The notes below the pieces were generated by a model. That model was not told the DNA's origin. It searched no databases and saw only the letters and a list, made by a program, of their open reading frames with translations. Both the position numbers and the translations under genes were made by a program. Below, one piece after another: positions 44,155 to 53,860 of a stretch of 64,000 nucleotides of DNA (its first letter is position 1; each line of letters starts with the position of its first letter). The stretch is from an uncultured Chthonomonadaceae bacterium (lineage in GTDB: Bacteria; Armatimonadota; Chthonomonadetes; Chthonomonadales; Chthonomonadaceae): contig CAWFQB010000002.1 in NCBI GenBank assembly GCA_963817895.1, positions 192,001 through 256,000 on the forward strand, read 5' to 3'.

Positions 44155-46040
44155 CAGAGCACATGCCTTCGAGAAAAAAGGAGCAAATGGAACTGGCAGG
44201 GATGCCCGCAAAGCCCATACGTGCTAAACGCGAGGAAAAACAGGTGACCACGGCGCAGCGTCTTGGCAGTCTCGTCAAGTCCGCGCGCGACCTCATGCGT
44301 AAAGATAAGGGACTTTCCGGGGACGCTGACCGGCTGCCGCAACTCACCTGGATTATGTTCCTCAAGTTCCTAGACGATTTGGAACGAACGCGCGAGGAGG
44401 CGGCTCCGCTATCCGGGGAGGTGTTCCGCCCTATTCTGGAAACTCCCTACCGCTGGCGCGATTGGGCGGATCGTGAGAGTGGGCCAACCGGCGACGACCT
44501 TTTGGATTTCATCGGCGGGCAGGAAGTTGTAATTGGCAAGGATGCGACTGGGGCGGACATCAAAAAGCCGGGGCTGTTTCGGTATTTGCGCGGCTTTCAA
44601 GGCAGTGATAATCCGCAACGCGCCGTCATCGGCAACATCTTCCGAAATGTCCAGAACCGCATGAACGACGGGTATCTCCTTCGCAGTGTTTTGAACCTTG
44701 TAGATGGGATTCATTTCGACAGCAGCGAGGAAATTCATACCCTGGGCCGGTTGTACGAGTCCATGCTCAAGGAGATGCGTGATGCAAGTGGCGACGCCGG
44801 GGAGTTTTATACGCCGCGCCCGGTCGTAAGGTTCATGGTCGAGGTGATGAACCCTCGCTTGGGCGAAACTGTGTACGATCCTGCCTGCGGCACAGGCGGC
44901 TTCCTGAGTGAGGCGTTCCTCCACCTCAAGCAGCAGTGCCGCAGGGCAGAGGATAACTCTACATTGCAGGCGCGCAGCATCCTGGGCGGTGAGGCCAAAC
45001 CGCTGCCGTATCTGCTGTGTGAAATGAATTTGCTGTTGCACGGGTTGGACGCGCCGGACGTGCGCTTCGACAATAGCCTCAAGGTACGGCTGGGCGAAAT
45101 TGGTGAACAAGAGCGCGTGAGCGTGGTACTTACCAACCCACCTTTCGGCGGTGAGGAGGAGGCGAGTGTGCAGAACGGCTTTCCAGCCGACAAGCGCACA
45201 TCGGAGACAGCCCTGTTGTTTCTGCAACTCATTATGAGGAAATTGCATCGTAGTCCTGAGCCGGGGCGAGCAGGCGTGGTTGTGCCCAACGGCATCTTGT
45301 TTGCGGACGGCGTTGCGGCGCGCATCAAGGAGGAACTGCTCACGGAGTTCCGCCTGCATACCATTGTGCGACTGCCCGTTGGTGTCTTCGCGCCGTACAC
45401 CAGCATCCCCACGAACCTGCTGTTTTTCGAGGCGGGCGCACCCACAACAGAAATCTGGTATTACGAGCAGCCTTTGCCCGAAGGCCGCAAATCCTACTCT
45501 AAGACGCAGCCCATGCAGTACGAGGAGTTTGCCCCGCTCTTAGCCTGGTGGGATGTGCGCGAGGAGAATGAGCGCGCCTGGCGTGTGGATTGGACACAGA
45601 CCTATGAGACGGCGCGCACGGCGGCACAACCGCACTGGGACGCCGCGCAGGAAGCGGAAGCCAAAGCCCGCGAGTATGGCGCGACAGCGAAGGAGGCGGG
45701 TGAGCAGATGCAATCGGCGCAACGTCTTCTGCAATCCGGGATGCTGCCGCAGGAGGAGCGCGCTCGCATACAGGCTGAAATCGAGAACCAGCGTGCCCGA
45801 CGCGATCAGGCCCAAGAAATCGAACGCAGCCTTCGGGAGCGCGTCCGCGAGGAGCAGACAAAAGGCGATGCCCTGTATTGGCCCATCTACAACCTGGATC
45901 GCAAAAATCCGAGTCGTGCTGAGGACTTTGAACATTTGCCGCCTGAACAACTGATTGGCGATATTCTGAATAAAGAACTGCAAATTATCTCTTTGATGCA
46001 AGAGATCGAGCGAGCGCTTTTGGTAGGGGTAACAGCATGA
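44151..46040 (+). CDS. hsdM: Type I methyltransferase subunit M with coiled-coil insert
   Basis: GEFYTPR, DPACGTGGF, TNPPFGG. Confidence 0.95.
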   Translation: MTEHMPSRKKEQMELAGMPAKPIRAKREEKQVTTAQRLGSLVKSARDLMRKDKGLSGDADRLPQLTWIMFLKFLDDLERTREEAAPLSGEVFRPILETPYRWRDWADRESGPTGDDLLDFIGGQEVVIGKDATGADIKKPGLFRYLRGFQGSDNPQRAVIGNIFRNVQNRMNDGYLLRSVLNLVDGIHFDSSEEIHTLGRLYESMLKEMRDASGDAGEFYTPRPVVRFMVEVMNPRLGETVYDPACGTGGFLSEAFLHLKQQCRRAEDNSTLQARSILGGEAKPLPYLLCEMNLLLHGLDAPDVRFDNSLKVRLGEIGEQERVSVVLTNPPFGGEEEASVQNGFPADKRTSETALLFLQLIMRKLHRSPEPGRAGVVVPNGILFADGVAARIKEELLTEFRLHTIVRLPVGVFAPYTSIPTNLLFFEAGAPTTEIWYYEQPLPEGRKSYSKTQPMQYEEFAPLLAWWDVREENERAWRVDWTQTYETARTAAQPHWDAAQEAEAKAREYGATAKEAGEQMQSAQRLLQSGMLPQEERARIQAEIENQRARRDQAQEIERSLRERVREEQTKGDALYWPIYNLDRKNPSRAEDFEHLPPEQLIGDILNKELQIISLMQEIERALLVGVTA

Positions 46041-47189
46041 GCATAGGGTGGCCTCTCGTTCCATTGGCAAAAGTCGCTCGTCCTATCTCTCGCGTAGTGT
46101 CCGTTACATCTGGGGAAACCTATCGCACGATTGGGGTAAGGTGGTGGGGAGAGGGAGCGTATGAACGGCAAACCATAGACGGCTCCCAGACTGCCGCAAA
46201 AACCCTGAACATCGTCCGCGAAAACGATTTGATCATTAACAAAATATGGGTGCGACATGGTTCGACCGCAATTGCGTCTGCTGCGGTGGATGGATGTGCG
46301 GCTTCCGGCGAGTTTCCGATGTTTGAACTTGATCCAAGTCGTGTTATGCCACGTTGGATACACTGGTTGACCAAAATGCGTCCCTTCTGGGATAGTTGTG
46401 ACCGACTTTCTCAAGGAACAAGCGGCAAGAACCGCATACGTCCAGAGTTATTTCTCACAATCTTAGTTCCACTTCCGCCCCTACACGAACAGCAGCGCAT
46501 CGTGGCGCACATTGAGGAGTTGGTGGGCAAGATTACGCAAGCGGGGGAACTGAGACGTGAAAGCCGGAGAGATATGAGGGCTGCTCTACTGGCTTCCTAC
46601 TCGGCGATCATTAAAGACGCCTGCCGATTCACCATGTCAACTGTCGCTCCGCTGGTGCGCCGTCCCATCAATGTTATCGAAGAAACACTTTACCCGGAAC
46701 TTGGAATTCGGTCGTTTGGTAAAGGTACTTTCCATAAATCTCCAGTAAGGGGGAGTGAAATCGGCTCCAAACGGCTGTTTGGTATCGAACCTGGCGATCT
46801 GTTGTTCAACATTGTTTTCGCATGGGAGGGCGCAGTAGCCATTGCAAAACCAGAAGATGTTGGGCGCGTAGGTTCCCATCGCTTTCTGACTCGTGTTGTA
46901 AATCCCGATTTGGCGTTAGCCTCTTATCTCTGTTTCCACTTTTTGACCGAAAGAGGACTGGAACAACTACCAGCAAGCATCTCCCGGTGGCGCAGGAAGA
47001 AATCGCACTCTCGGCCTCAAAACATTGGAGAAAATTGAAGTACCGATTCCAACTCTTGACGCACAACGAACATTCGATAGATTGTTGGCGCGCAGTGACG
47101 CAATTGAAGCGTTGCAAAAAGAGGCCGATGTAAAAATAGAAGCCCTTGTACCTTCGTTGCTCGACCTGGCGTTCAGGGGCGAACTTTGA
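46037..47189 (+). pseudogene. hsdS: Type I specificity subunit S; +1 frameshift near 46970
   Basis: VPLPPLHEQQRIV; the shifted frame gives SPGGAGRNRTL...IEVPIP...LLDLAFRGEL-stop. Confidence 0.85.
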
Positions 47190-47249
47190 TCGTATAAAGA
47201 GTCATTTAAGTCGCCCACTGAGGCTATACAATGCTTGGTGTTGTGTTCT

Positions 47250-47282
47250 TTTCCAGTGTGCAAAAATTTTGCACACTGGAAA
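47250..47282. promoter_or_regulatory. 16-bp perfect palindrome between hsdS and the XRE gene (operator or terminator)
   Basis: TTTCCAGTGTGCAAAA-a-TTTTGCACACTGGAAA followed by TGC-TATAAT. Confidence 0.6.
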
Positions 47283-47352
47283 TTTTTATGCTATAATAGT
47301 CCAGACAATGAAGTTGTATTCAGAATCGGCAGAACGAGGAGACTAAACGCCC

Positions 47353-47874
47353 ATGAAAAAGAATTCAGCAGGCGGGTCGCCCCAGTCGGCCTCGGTCGTC
47401 AGTCTGGAAGATTTGGGGAAACTGATCCGCGAAAAGCGTAAGGCTGCGGATTTGACATTGGAACAGGCCGCGCAACAAGCAGGTGTCAGCGCGGCAACTC
47501 TTTCTCGATGGGAACGACAGGGAAGATTGCAAGAAGGCGTTGATGGTACAGCACGAACGATGCGCACCCCCGACATGCAGACCCTTGCCGCTATTACCCG
47601 CTGGCTCGGAGTGTCCATAGATAGGGTTAGCACTTTCGAGACACCACCGCCCGCGCACAGTGTGGTGCATCACGCAGGCGAAGCCACGCCTGACATTGTA
47701 GAAGCCCATCTAAGAGCAGATCGCAACCTTGACCCGGACACAGCCGGGGCGCTGTCGCGGATGTTTCGGGTCGCCTATGAGCAGTTTGCCAAGTTGCAGG
47801 CTGCTGCGCCGTCCGAAGATCGTCCAGAAAGGAAACCGGATAATGAGCCGGATGACGCCACCAAAACACAATGA
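47353..47874 (+). CDS. XRE family HTH regulator
   Basis: LTLEQAAQQAGVSAATLSRWER; C-terminal VEAHLRADRNL. Confidence 0.88.
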   Translation: MKKNSAGGSPQSASVVSLEDLGKLIREKRKAADLTLEQAAQQAGVSAATLSRWERQGRLQEGVDGTARTMRTPDMQTLAAITRWLGVSIDRVSTFETPPPAHSVVHHAGEATPDIVEAHLRADRNLDPDTAGALSRMFRVAYEQFAKLQAAAPSEDRPERKPDNEPDDATKTQ

Positions 47875-48499
47875 GGACAAGGAAAGTAGCAATCGCGCGC
47901 CGCGTATAGTGACGACTGGATTGCGCGAGTTTCTGCGACGGATCGAGGAGAACGGACTGGCTCTGCGGCAGAAGGCAGGTATTGGGCCGGAAGAACGACT
48001 GTATCCGCGCAGACTGGCGACAGAGTTCAAGTTGCACTTCATGGAACTCAACGATATGGAAGCGCTTGCGCCCGCAGACCGGGCACACATCGAAAGCAGT
48101 GATGCCAGGAAGTGGTCGGGCAGCGGTCTTCCGCTTCCCAATGACGAGTGGTTGATTATCTTGCACCCCTGCCAAACACCGGAGCGCGCCACCGTGACCA
48201 CGATGGAAGAAATAGCGCATGTTCACTATAGACACAAACCTTGTCGCCTGGTAACAGATGCAGCCGGGGTGACGCATCGGGAGTACGACCCGGAAATTGA
48301 GGACGAAGCCTACTGGACAGCATCCGCAGCCCTATTGCCTTCTAAAGCCCTGGCGCGGCGCGTGTATAAAGGCGTGACCACGCAAGCCATTGCCGCGGAG
48401 TTCGGCGTCAGCACACAACTGGTAGAGTTCCGCATTAAGACACTGGGGTTGTGGAGTGACCACAAAGCGCGCCATCGGGAGGAGGCAGTCACCGCATGA
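47843..48499 (+). CDS. ImmA/IrrE-family metallopeptidase (EExxH variant)
   Basis: R...T.MEEIAH, EDEAYWTASAALLP, IAAEFGVS..LV.FR. Confidence 0.8.
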   Translation: MSRMTPPKHNEDKESSNRAPRIVTTGLREFLRRIEENGLALRQKAGIGPEERLYPRRLATEFKLHFMELNDMEALAPADRAHIESSDARKWSGSGLPLPNDEWLIILHPCQTPERATVTTMEEIAHVHYRHKPCRLVTDAAGVTHREYDPEIEDEAYWTASAALLPSKALARRVYKGVTTQAIAAEFGVSTQLVEFRIKTLGLWSDHKARHREEAVTA

Positions 48500-49479
48500 A
48501 AGTGTCTATTGAGGAGTTCAGTGCCTTATTATCCACGCCCTTGAGGGAACTTGGGGCGAAGCAGGTCGCTCGTTCCTCCTACCATGCGGATCAAAATGGT
48601 TACCGGATGGCAACATCTCCATCCAGTACAGATGGATTATTGCAAACTCGGCTGCGAATGTCGTTTTCGGCGGCGGAGCGGGAAGCGGTGAGATTGGTGG
48701 CACAGAACCGCCCGCTCCCGTTGCGGGAGTTCGACCAAATACCAATGTACAACCGCGATCTGCTCCGTCAGGCCAAATTGATCGCACCCTATCTGGCGGG
48801 TAAGACAGTCGCCTTTGTGGGAGACATTGATAGCACTAGCCTGATGCTGGGGATGCTAACCCTCTGTAGCAACCCGTCGCCTGCGCGTATGGTACTGCTC
48901 GACTTCGATGCCCGCCTGCTCACGGCGGCAAGGAAAATGGCGTCTCGCTATGGGTTTTCACGTCTGCTGGAAACCCGGATGCACAATTTCTTTGATCCTG
49001 TGCCCGCTGACCTGATTGGTACCTGTGATTGGTTTTATACCAACCCACCTTTCGGCTCGAACAATCAAGGGGCGAGCGCACAATTGTTTATAGCACGCGG
49101 ACAGGAACTCTGCAAAGAGGAAGGGGCAAGCGGCTGTATTATCATGCCATACGACACGAACAGAGCGTGGACTACGCAGACATGGCTGGCAACGCAACGG
49201 TTCCTTGTAAATGGCGGATGGGGTGTACGCGAAAAAGTGGATGGTATGCACCGTTACCATTTGGATGATGACCCGGAACTGACCTCCTCCATGATCTTGG
49301 TAGATGCAATCATGGGAGGATTACTGGACGCTGCATCTTACGCAGGGCGGCGCGTTCCTTTTGATGAAATCCCTTTGTTCTATGGGCGTAGTGTGCAGCC
49401 GCCGTATCCGCGCTACATTCGAGAGGACGGCAGTTTCGACATGGATTGGAGCGTCGAGGAAGGCGGTTACAGCATATAG
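48496..49479 (+). CDS. BpsA/DUF43-like SAM-fold transferase
   Basis: RP.PLREFDQ, VAFVGDIDSTSL, DFDARL, FYTNPPFG. Confidence 0.7.
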   Translation: MKVSIEEFSALLSTPLRELGAKQVARSSYHADQNGYRMATSPSSTDGLLQTRLRMSFSAAEREAVRLVAQNRPLPLREFDQIPMYNRDLLRQAKLIAPYLAGKTVAFVGDIDSTSLMLGMLTLCSNPSPARMVLLDFDARLLTAARKMASRYGFSRLLETRMHNFFDPVPADLIGTCDWFYTNPPFGSNNQGASAQLFIARGQELCKEEGASGCIIMPYDTNRAWTTQTWLATQRFLVNGGWGVREKVDGMHRYHLDDDPELTSSMILVDAIMGGLLDAASYAGRRVPFDEIPLFYGRSVQPPYPRYIREDGSFDMDWSVEEGGYSI

Positions 49480-49480
49480 C

Positions 49481-49960
49481 ATGGAAGAACAAATGGATAA
49501 CTCAACCCGCCGAACGTGGATTTTTCAAGGAAATCCTGATAAGTACCGTCTCGAAAATGCGCTGCAAAACGAAAAGGAAGAATGGTGGAATCTGAATCAA
49601 CACGCCAAGAGTGTGCGCGCCGGGGATCGCGCTTTGATCTGGATTTCTGGAGAGAAGGCAGGGATTTATGCGATTGGCAGTGTGCTGACCGCCCCGGAAG
49701 TCCGGCCTGACTCCACGACTGGCACAGGTTACTGGTACAACCCCACCGAAGGTCTAAAAGCGAAGTCCCGTGTCCGTGTGCGCTACGAACGTCTGCTGTT
49801 CAAACAGCCATTGCGAAAGGCATATTTACAAGCCGACCCCAACCTGTGGGATATGACCATTCTCCACATGCCGCGCGCGACAATCTTTGCGGTCAGCGCG
49901 GATGAATGGCAGGCTATTGAAGCCTGGTTGGATGAGAATACAGACGCCGAAGTATTATAG
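49481..49960 (+). CDS. EVE domain protein
   Basis: TWIFQGNPDKY, VRAGDRALIW, GIYAIGSV, VSADEWQAI. Confidence 0.8.
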   Translation: MEEQMDNSTRRTWIFQGNPDKYRLENALQNEKEEWWNLNQHAKSVRAGDRALIWISGEKAGIYAIGSVLTAPEVRPDSTTGTGYWYNPTEGLKAKSRVRVRYERLLFKQPLRKAYLQADPNLWDMTILHMPRATIFAVSADEWQAIEAWLDENTDAEVL

Positions 49961-50131
49961 GGATTAAACGCCCAGTGGTGGGCGTGTCTCTTAAACAAGA
50001 ACATACCTGTGCCTAGAAACGAGGGCCTGCATTTTAGTCCCAACCTGAAAAAATAATGCGGTAGTTTCCTGATTTCATTTTGCTGTCGTAGTGGTCAAGT
50101 TTGAATTCCAAATAGGAGGTCGTCTACAACA

Positions 50132-52471
50132 ATGCCACAGACCACAAATCAGACCAACAACACCAGCCTACTTCTGAATATCGCTCCGGTAGAGTTTCAG
50201 GATAGGGAGATCGCAGTGGGCGTATTCGCCTATGCTGACAATCAACAATTGCGCACCCTACGAAGCGAATACCGAGAGACACACCTTTTCCGACGTGAAC
50301 GCAACAATGAGCAAGACGAGATTTTGTGTGTTCCCCTCATTTCAGACGTTGAACCACTGGGTGACAAGACACGAACCATTCGGCTTTACAATCATCTTCA
50401 CCTTTGTGCGGCGCTCGTTCGCGAGGCCATGCTTGAATTTCTCTATAAGCATGGCATCCAGAGTTTTGGGTATGATCCAATCGAGTACGTGGTCAACGCA
50501 GTCGGTGATGATCTCCTGCGCGCCTCGCTACCTTCTGGCGTGGTGGCACCCTCATGGATTTCCGTTAAGGTACTCAACGCATTGACAATCCGCCCGATGC
50601 ACATGGAACGCCAAGCGCCGTTTGTGGGTGTCGCGCTTGACTTTCACGCACAGCACCTTGTGAATGTTCCCTGCGATCAGTTGATTGCAATGGGGTTGAA
50701 CATCAAGGGATTATACGTCAGTCAGGCATTGCCCGAATCAGACCCGCGTGTGTTTCCGCGTGAGCGACTGTTGGGGCGCGTTCAGTCTGTGCAGAATGGA
50801 AAATTGTCGCTTTCAGATGTGCGCCATGACGATGGCCCGGACTGTGTAGAGGCCAGTGCCGTATACCTTGAACCACGTCACGACGCCTTCGATGTATGTC
50901 TGAACCATGCGTTCAAGCAGCGTGTCAGGCAAGTAAGAGACAACCTACACCGCAACCTGCACCAAATTCAAAGTGGCCCAGATAAGTTGGATCGGCTTCG
51001 CAAACGCATGGAAACGCTAACTAACCGCAAGACACCATTGGAAATGCTGCCTGGCATTCCGTTCTCGTTCCAGCCATTTCTCGCGGAGGGGACAAGCAAA
51101 ACGTTTCCGCTCGTGAACCACGCCAAGCGCCCCGTCTACGTGTTCGATCCTACTGGTACGCGCACGGCAGAGTATAATGACCCCGGCATCACCCAATACG
51201 GCCCATACAGTGCCTACGGCAACCTGTTCACGCCGAACCTACCCAACATGGTCGTGATCTGCCAGAAGAACAAAAAGGGACTCGTCGAACAGTTTCTCGC
51301 CAAGTTCAAGACAGGCATCGCCGGGTCGCGTTTTGAGACCGGATTTGTGGGTAAATACCGGTTGGCAGATGTCAACTTCGAGTTTTTCCTTACGGAGACG
51401 GAGAGTGCGGAAGACTATGAGGAAGCGGCAAACCGCGCCATTCACGCCTACGCCAAAGCCGACAAGCGCATCCACTTAGGCTTTGTGCAAATAGAAGACC
51501 GGTATCGTGAATTGCGTGGAGGGACAAATCCCTATTTGGTAACAAAGGCTGCTTTTTTGTCACACCAAATCCCTGTTCAGGAGTTCACCATCCAGAAGGC
51601 GACACAGGAAGACAAATATCTCTCGCATATTCTGAACACGATAGGGCTGGCGGTATATGCCAAACTTGGCGGAACGCCCTGGCTCATGCCATCCAACCGT
51701 GTGATCGCTCACGAACTGGTTTTCGGATTGGGCAGCGCGCAGGTGAATGAAGGACGGTTTGGAGAGCGACGCAGATATGTGGGCATCACCACGGTGTTCA
51801 GTGGAGATGGCAATTACCGTCTCGCCAATCTGTCGCAGGCAGTGCCTCTAAGGAGGTATGAGGAAGCGTTGCTCGACTCCCTGCGGGAAACCGTAACTAA
51901 AGTGCGCGCCGACAATAACTGGCAACCCGGCGACACTGTACGCCTGATATTCCACGCATTCAAACCCATGAAATATGCTGAGATCGACGCCGTAACTGCG
52001 TTGATGGATGAACTTGGCGACTACGAAGTAGAATTCGCCTTTCTACACATTGCCGAGGAACACCCGTACCTCCTGTTCGACCCGGCGCAGAAGGGTGTGT
52101 ATTCCTACGAAATCCGGGCCAATAAAGGCGTATATGCCCCTATGCGCGGCATATACTTCCGCCTTTCCGAACACGAAACTCTGATGTCGCTTGTCGGCGC
52201 GCGTGAAGTTAAAAGACCAGAAGATGGTCTGCCACGTCCAGTGCTTTTGAAACTACATCCACGCTCCACGTTCGCGGATCATATCTATCTCGCCCGCCAA
52301 GTTTTTATGTTTTCCTGTCACTCATGGCGAAATTTTACGCCTGGCGCACACCCAGTTACGATTCATTATTCATCGCTGATAGCACGTATGCTCGGCGAAT
52401 TGGAAACAGTGCCGACGTGGAATCCAAACGTTATGTATGGAAGGATTGGCGAAACAAGGTGGTTCCTATAA
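50132..52471 (+). CDS. ago: Long-B prokaryotic Argonaute, catalytically inactive (RsAgo-like)
   Basis: MID motifs NPYLVTK, IPVQ, YAKLGG; PIWI ELVFGLG, LIFHAFK, PVTIHYS lack DEDX; ends RWFL. Confidence 0.93.
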   Translation: MPQTTNQTNNTSLLLNIAPVEFQDREIAVGVFAYADNQQLRTLRSEYRETHLFRRERNNEQDEILCVPLISDVEPLGDKTRTIRLYNHLHLCAALVREAMLEFLYKHGIQSFGYDPIEYVVNAVGDDLLRASLPSGVVAPSWISVKVLNALTIRPMHMERQAPFVGVALDFHAQHLVNVPCDQLIAMGLNIKGLYVSQALPESDPRVFPRERLLGRVQSVQNGKLSLSDVRHDDGPDCVEASAVYLEPRHDAFDVCLNHAFKQRVRQVRDNLHRNLHQIQSGPDKLDRLRKRMETLTNRKTPLEMLPGIPFSFQPFLAEGTSKTFPLVNHAKRPVYVFDPTGTRTAEYNDPGITQYGPYSAYGNLFTPNLPNMVVICQKNKKGLVEQFLAKFKTGIAGSRFETGFVGKYRLADVNFEFFLTETESAEDYEEAANRAIHAYAKADKRIHLGFVQIEDRYRELRGGTNPYLVTKAAFLSHQIPVQEFTIQKATQEDKYLSHILNTIGLAVYAKLGGTPWLMPSNRVIAHELVFGLGSAQVNEGRFGERRRYVGITTVFSGDGNYRLANLSQAVPLRRYEEALLDSLRETVTKVRADNNWQPGDTVRLIFHAFKPMKYAEIDAVTALMDELGDYEVEFAFLHIAEEHPYLLFDPAQKGVYSYEIRANKGVYAPMRGIYFRLSEHETLMSLVGAREVKRPEDGLPRPVLLKLHPRSTFADHIYLARQVFMFSCHSWRNFTPGAHPVTIHYSSLIARMLGELETVPTWNPNVMYGRIGETRWFL

Positions 52472-53682
52472 GCAAAACAAGCAGTATTCTTTTCAGCGAT
52501 GTACGGGCAACACTGGCACGGGTGGCACAACAAGCCGAAGGCCGCAATGATGCCGTAGAAGCCGCTTGCGCATGGTTGCTCCCCGGTCTGGATACAGTCT
52601 CAAGACTGGCAACAATGGCAGAACACGCGGCTACCTGTAAAGGGCAGATGCGCTCCTACAAACAGGTTGCCGTCTTAGGGTATGCGGCAAGTCTGTTGCT
52701 GGACAAGTTCCAACAGCAGGCTGCACTCGAAAATGGTCTGAAATGGCTTTCTGGCTTGCCTGCTATGAGTGCGGGCGCACTTATGGGCTTCGCCACTGAT
52801 CCCGTCTCGTTGCTTGGTATCGCACTCGGAACAAGATGCGCTTGTGATGAAGTAAAGTCTGCCGTACGGAATTGGGCTGCTAAATTTCTTTCTGACGAGT
52901 ATAACGCTCTGGGTACGGAACCGTGGCACAGTTGCTTGCTGGCGGTCACAGCACAGATTTTAACAATAGAACCTGTGTTACCCATTCCCATTGAGACGGA
53001 AGCAGCGTGTGTGCGGGTCGCCATGCGATCAAAAGGATTATTGCCTGCAAACTCCTCGAATGAAGCGGACGAGGAGTTTGTCTTAACACTTCTGAAAGAA
53101 AGCCGTGCTACAGAAACGGATTGCACCCATGCTGCCATTCAGATGGTCGCACTCGACTGGATTAGGCGCAAAGCGCCAACCGTTATACCAGCGCGCATGA
53201 CGCCTGAAGATGTCGTCAGTCTGTTGAAACATACGGAGTTCGCCCTCAAGCGTTGGACTTGGGAGGACAAGCCCAAAACCACAACAGGAATCGCTCGACA
53301 GTGGCACATAGACAATGAGTACCATTTGCAAAATCTGCTGTGGACACTCCTCGCCCCCATATTTCCTGACCTCACAGACGAGGAATATACCATTCAACTC
53401 GGCTCTAAAAATCCTCGCATTGATCTTGGCATTCCTTCCCTCAAATTGATCATTGAAGCAAAATTCATGCGCATGGGCGACCCGCCGAAAAAGTTTATTG
53501 AGGAGATTGCGGCAGACGCCAGCCTTTATTTGGTGGAAGGGGCGCGGTACAACCAGATTGTCGCTATTATTTGGGATGACACAGCACGCACAAACCTGCA
53601 CACAGAGATGATACGCGCTATGAACCAGATTGATGGTGTGCTGGATGCCGTAGTTGTGTCCCGCCCAGGAAACTGGACATGA
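52459..53682 (+). CDS. Argonaute-associated PD-(D/E)XK nuclease (DpnII/MboI-like C-terminal domain)
   Basis: NEYHLQNLL...EE...RIDL...IIEAK; probable GTG start overlapping the end of ago. Confidence 0.8.
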   Translation: MVPISKTSSILFSDVRATLARVAQQAEGRNDAVEAACAWLLPGLDTVSRLATMAEHAATCKGQMRSYKQVAVLGYAASLLLDKFQQQAALENGLKWLSGLPAMSAGALMGFATDPVSLLGIALGTRCACDEVKSAVRNWAAKFLSDEYNALGTEPWHSCLLAVTAQILTIEPVLPIPIETEAACVRVAMRSKGLLPANSSNEADEEFVLTLLKESRATETDCTHAAIQMVALDWIRRKAPTVIPARMTPEDVVSLLKHTEFALKRWTWEDKPKTTTGIARQWHIDNEYHLQNLLWTLLAPIFPDLTDEEYTIQLGSKNPRIDLGIPSLKLIIEAKFMRMGDPPKKFIEEIAADASLYLVEGARYNQIVAIIWDDTARTNLHTEMIRAMNQIDGVLDAVVVSRPGNWT

Positions 53683-53783
53683 GGCGGCGGAATATCAACT
53701 GCACCAGAGTATATTCCAATACAAGCACCCGACTATCTCGCACCACGCCGCTCCGGTGCTAGTTTCCACTGCACACATAATAA

Positions 53784-53815
53784 AAGCGGGACTGCAAATT
53801 TTTGCAGTCCCGCTT
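53784..53815. terminator. 15-bp inverted repeat between convergent genes
   Basis: AAGCGGGACTGCAAA-tt-TTTGCAGTCCCGCTT. Confidence 0.7.
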
Positions 53816-53860
53816 GAACGAAATAGAAGGTTGTTCACTTCCTGACCTTGCGGCATGTAC

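Noticed and set aside
52324..52458. 148-nt overlap start for the Argonaute effector
   Set aside because: GTG at 52459 gives a typical short coupling overlap
50132..52471. Argonaute as an active slicer
   Set aside because: Catalytic tetrad positions are substituted (GLG, FHAF, YSS)
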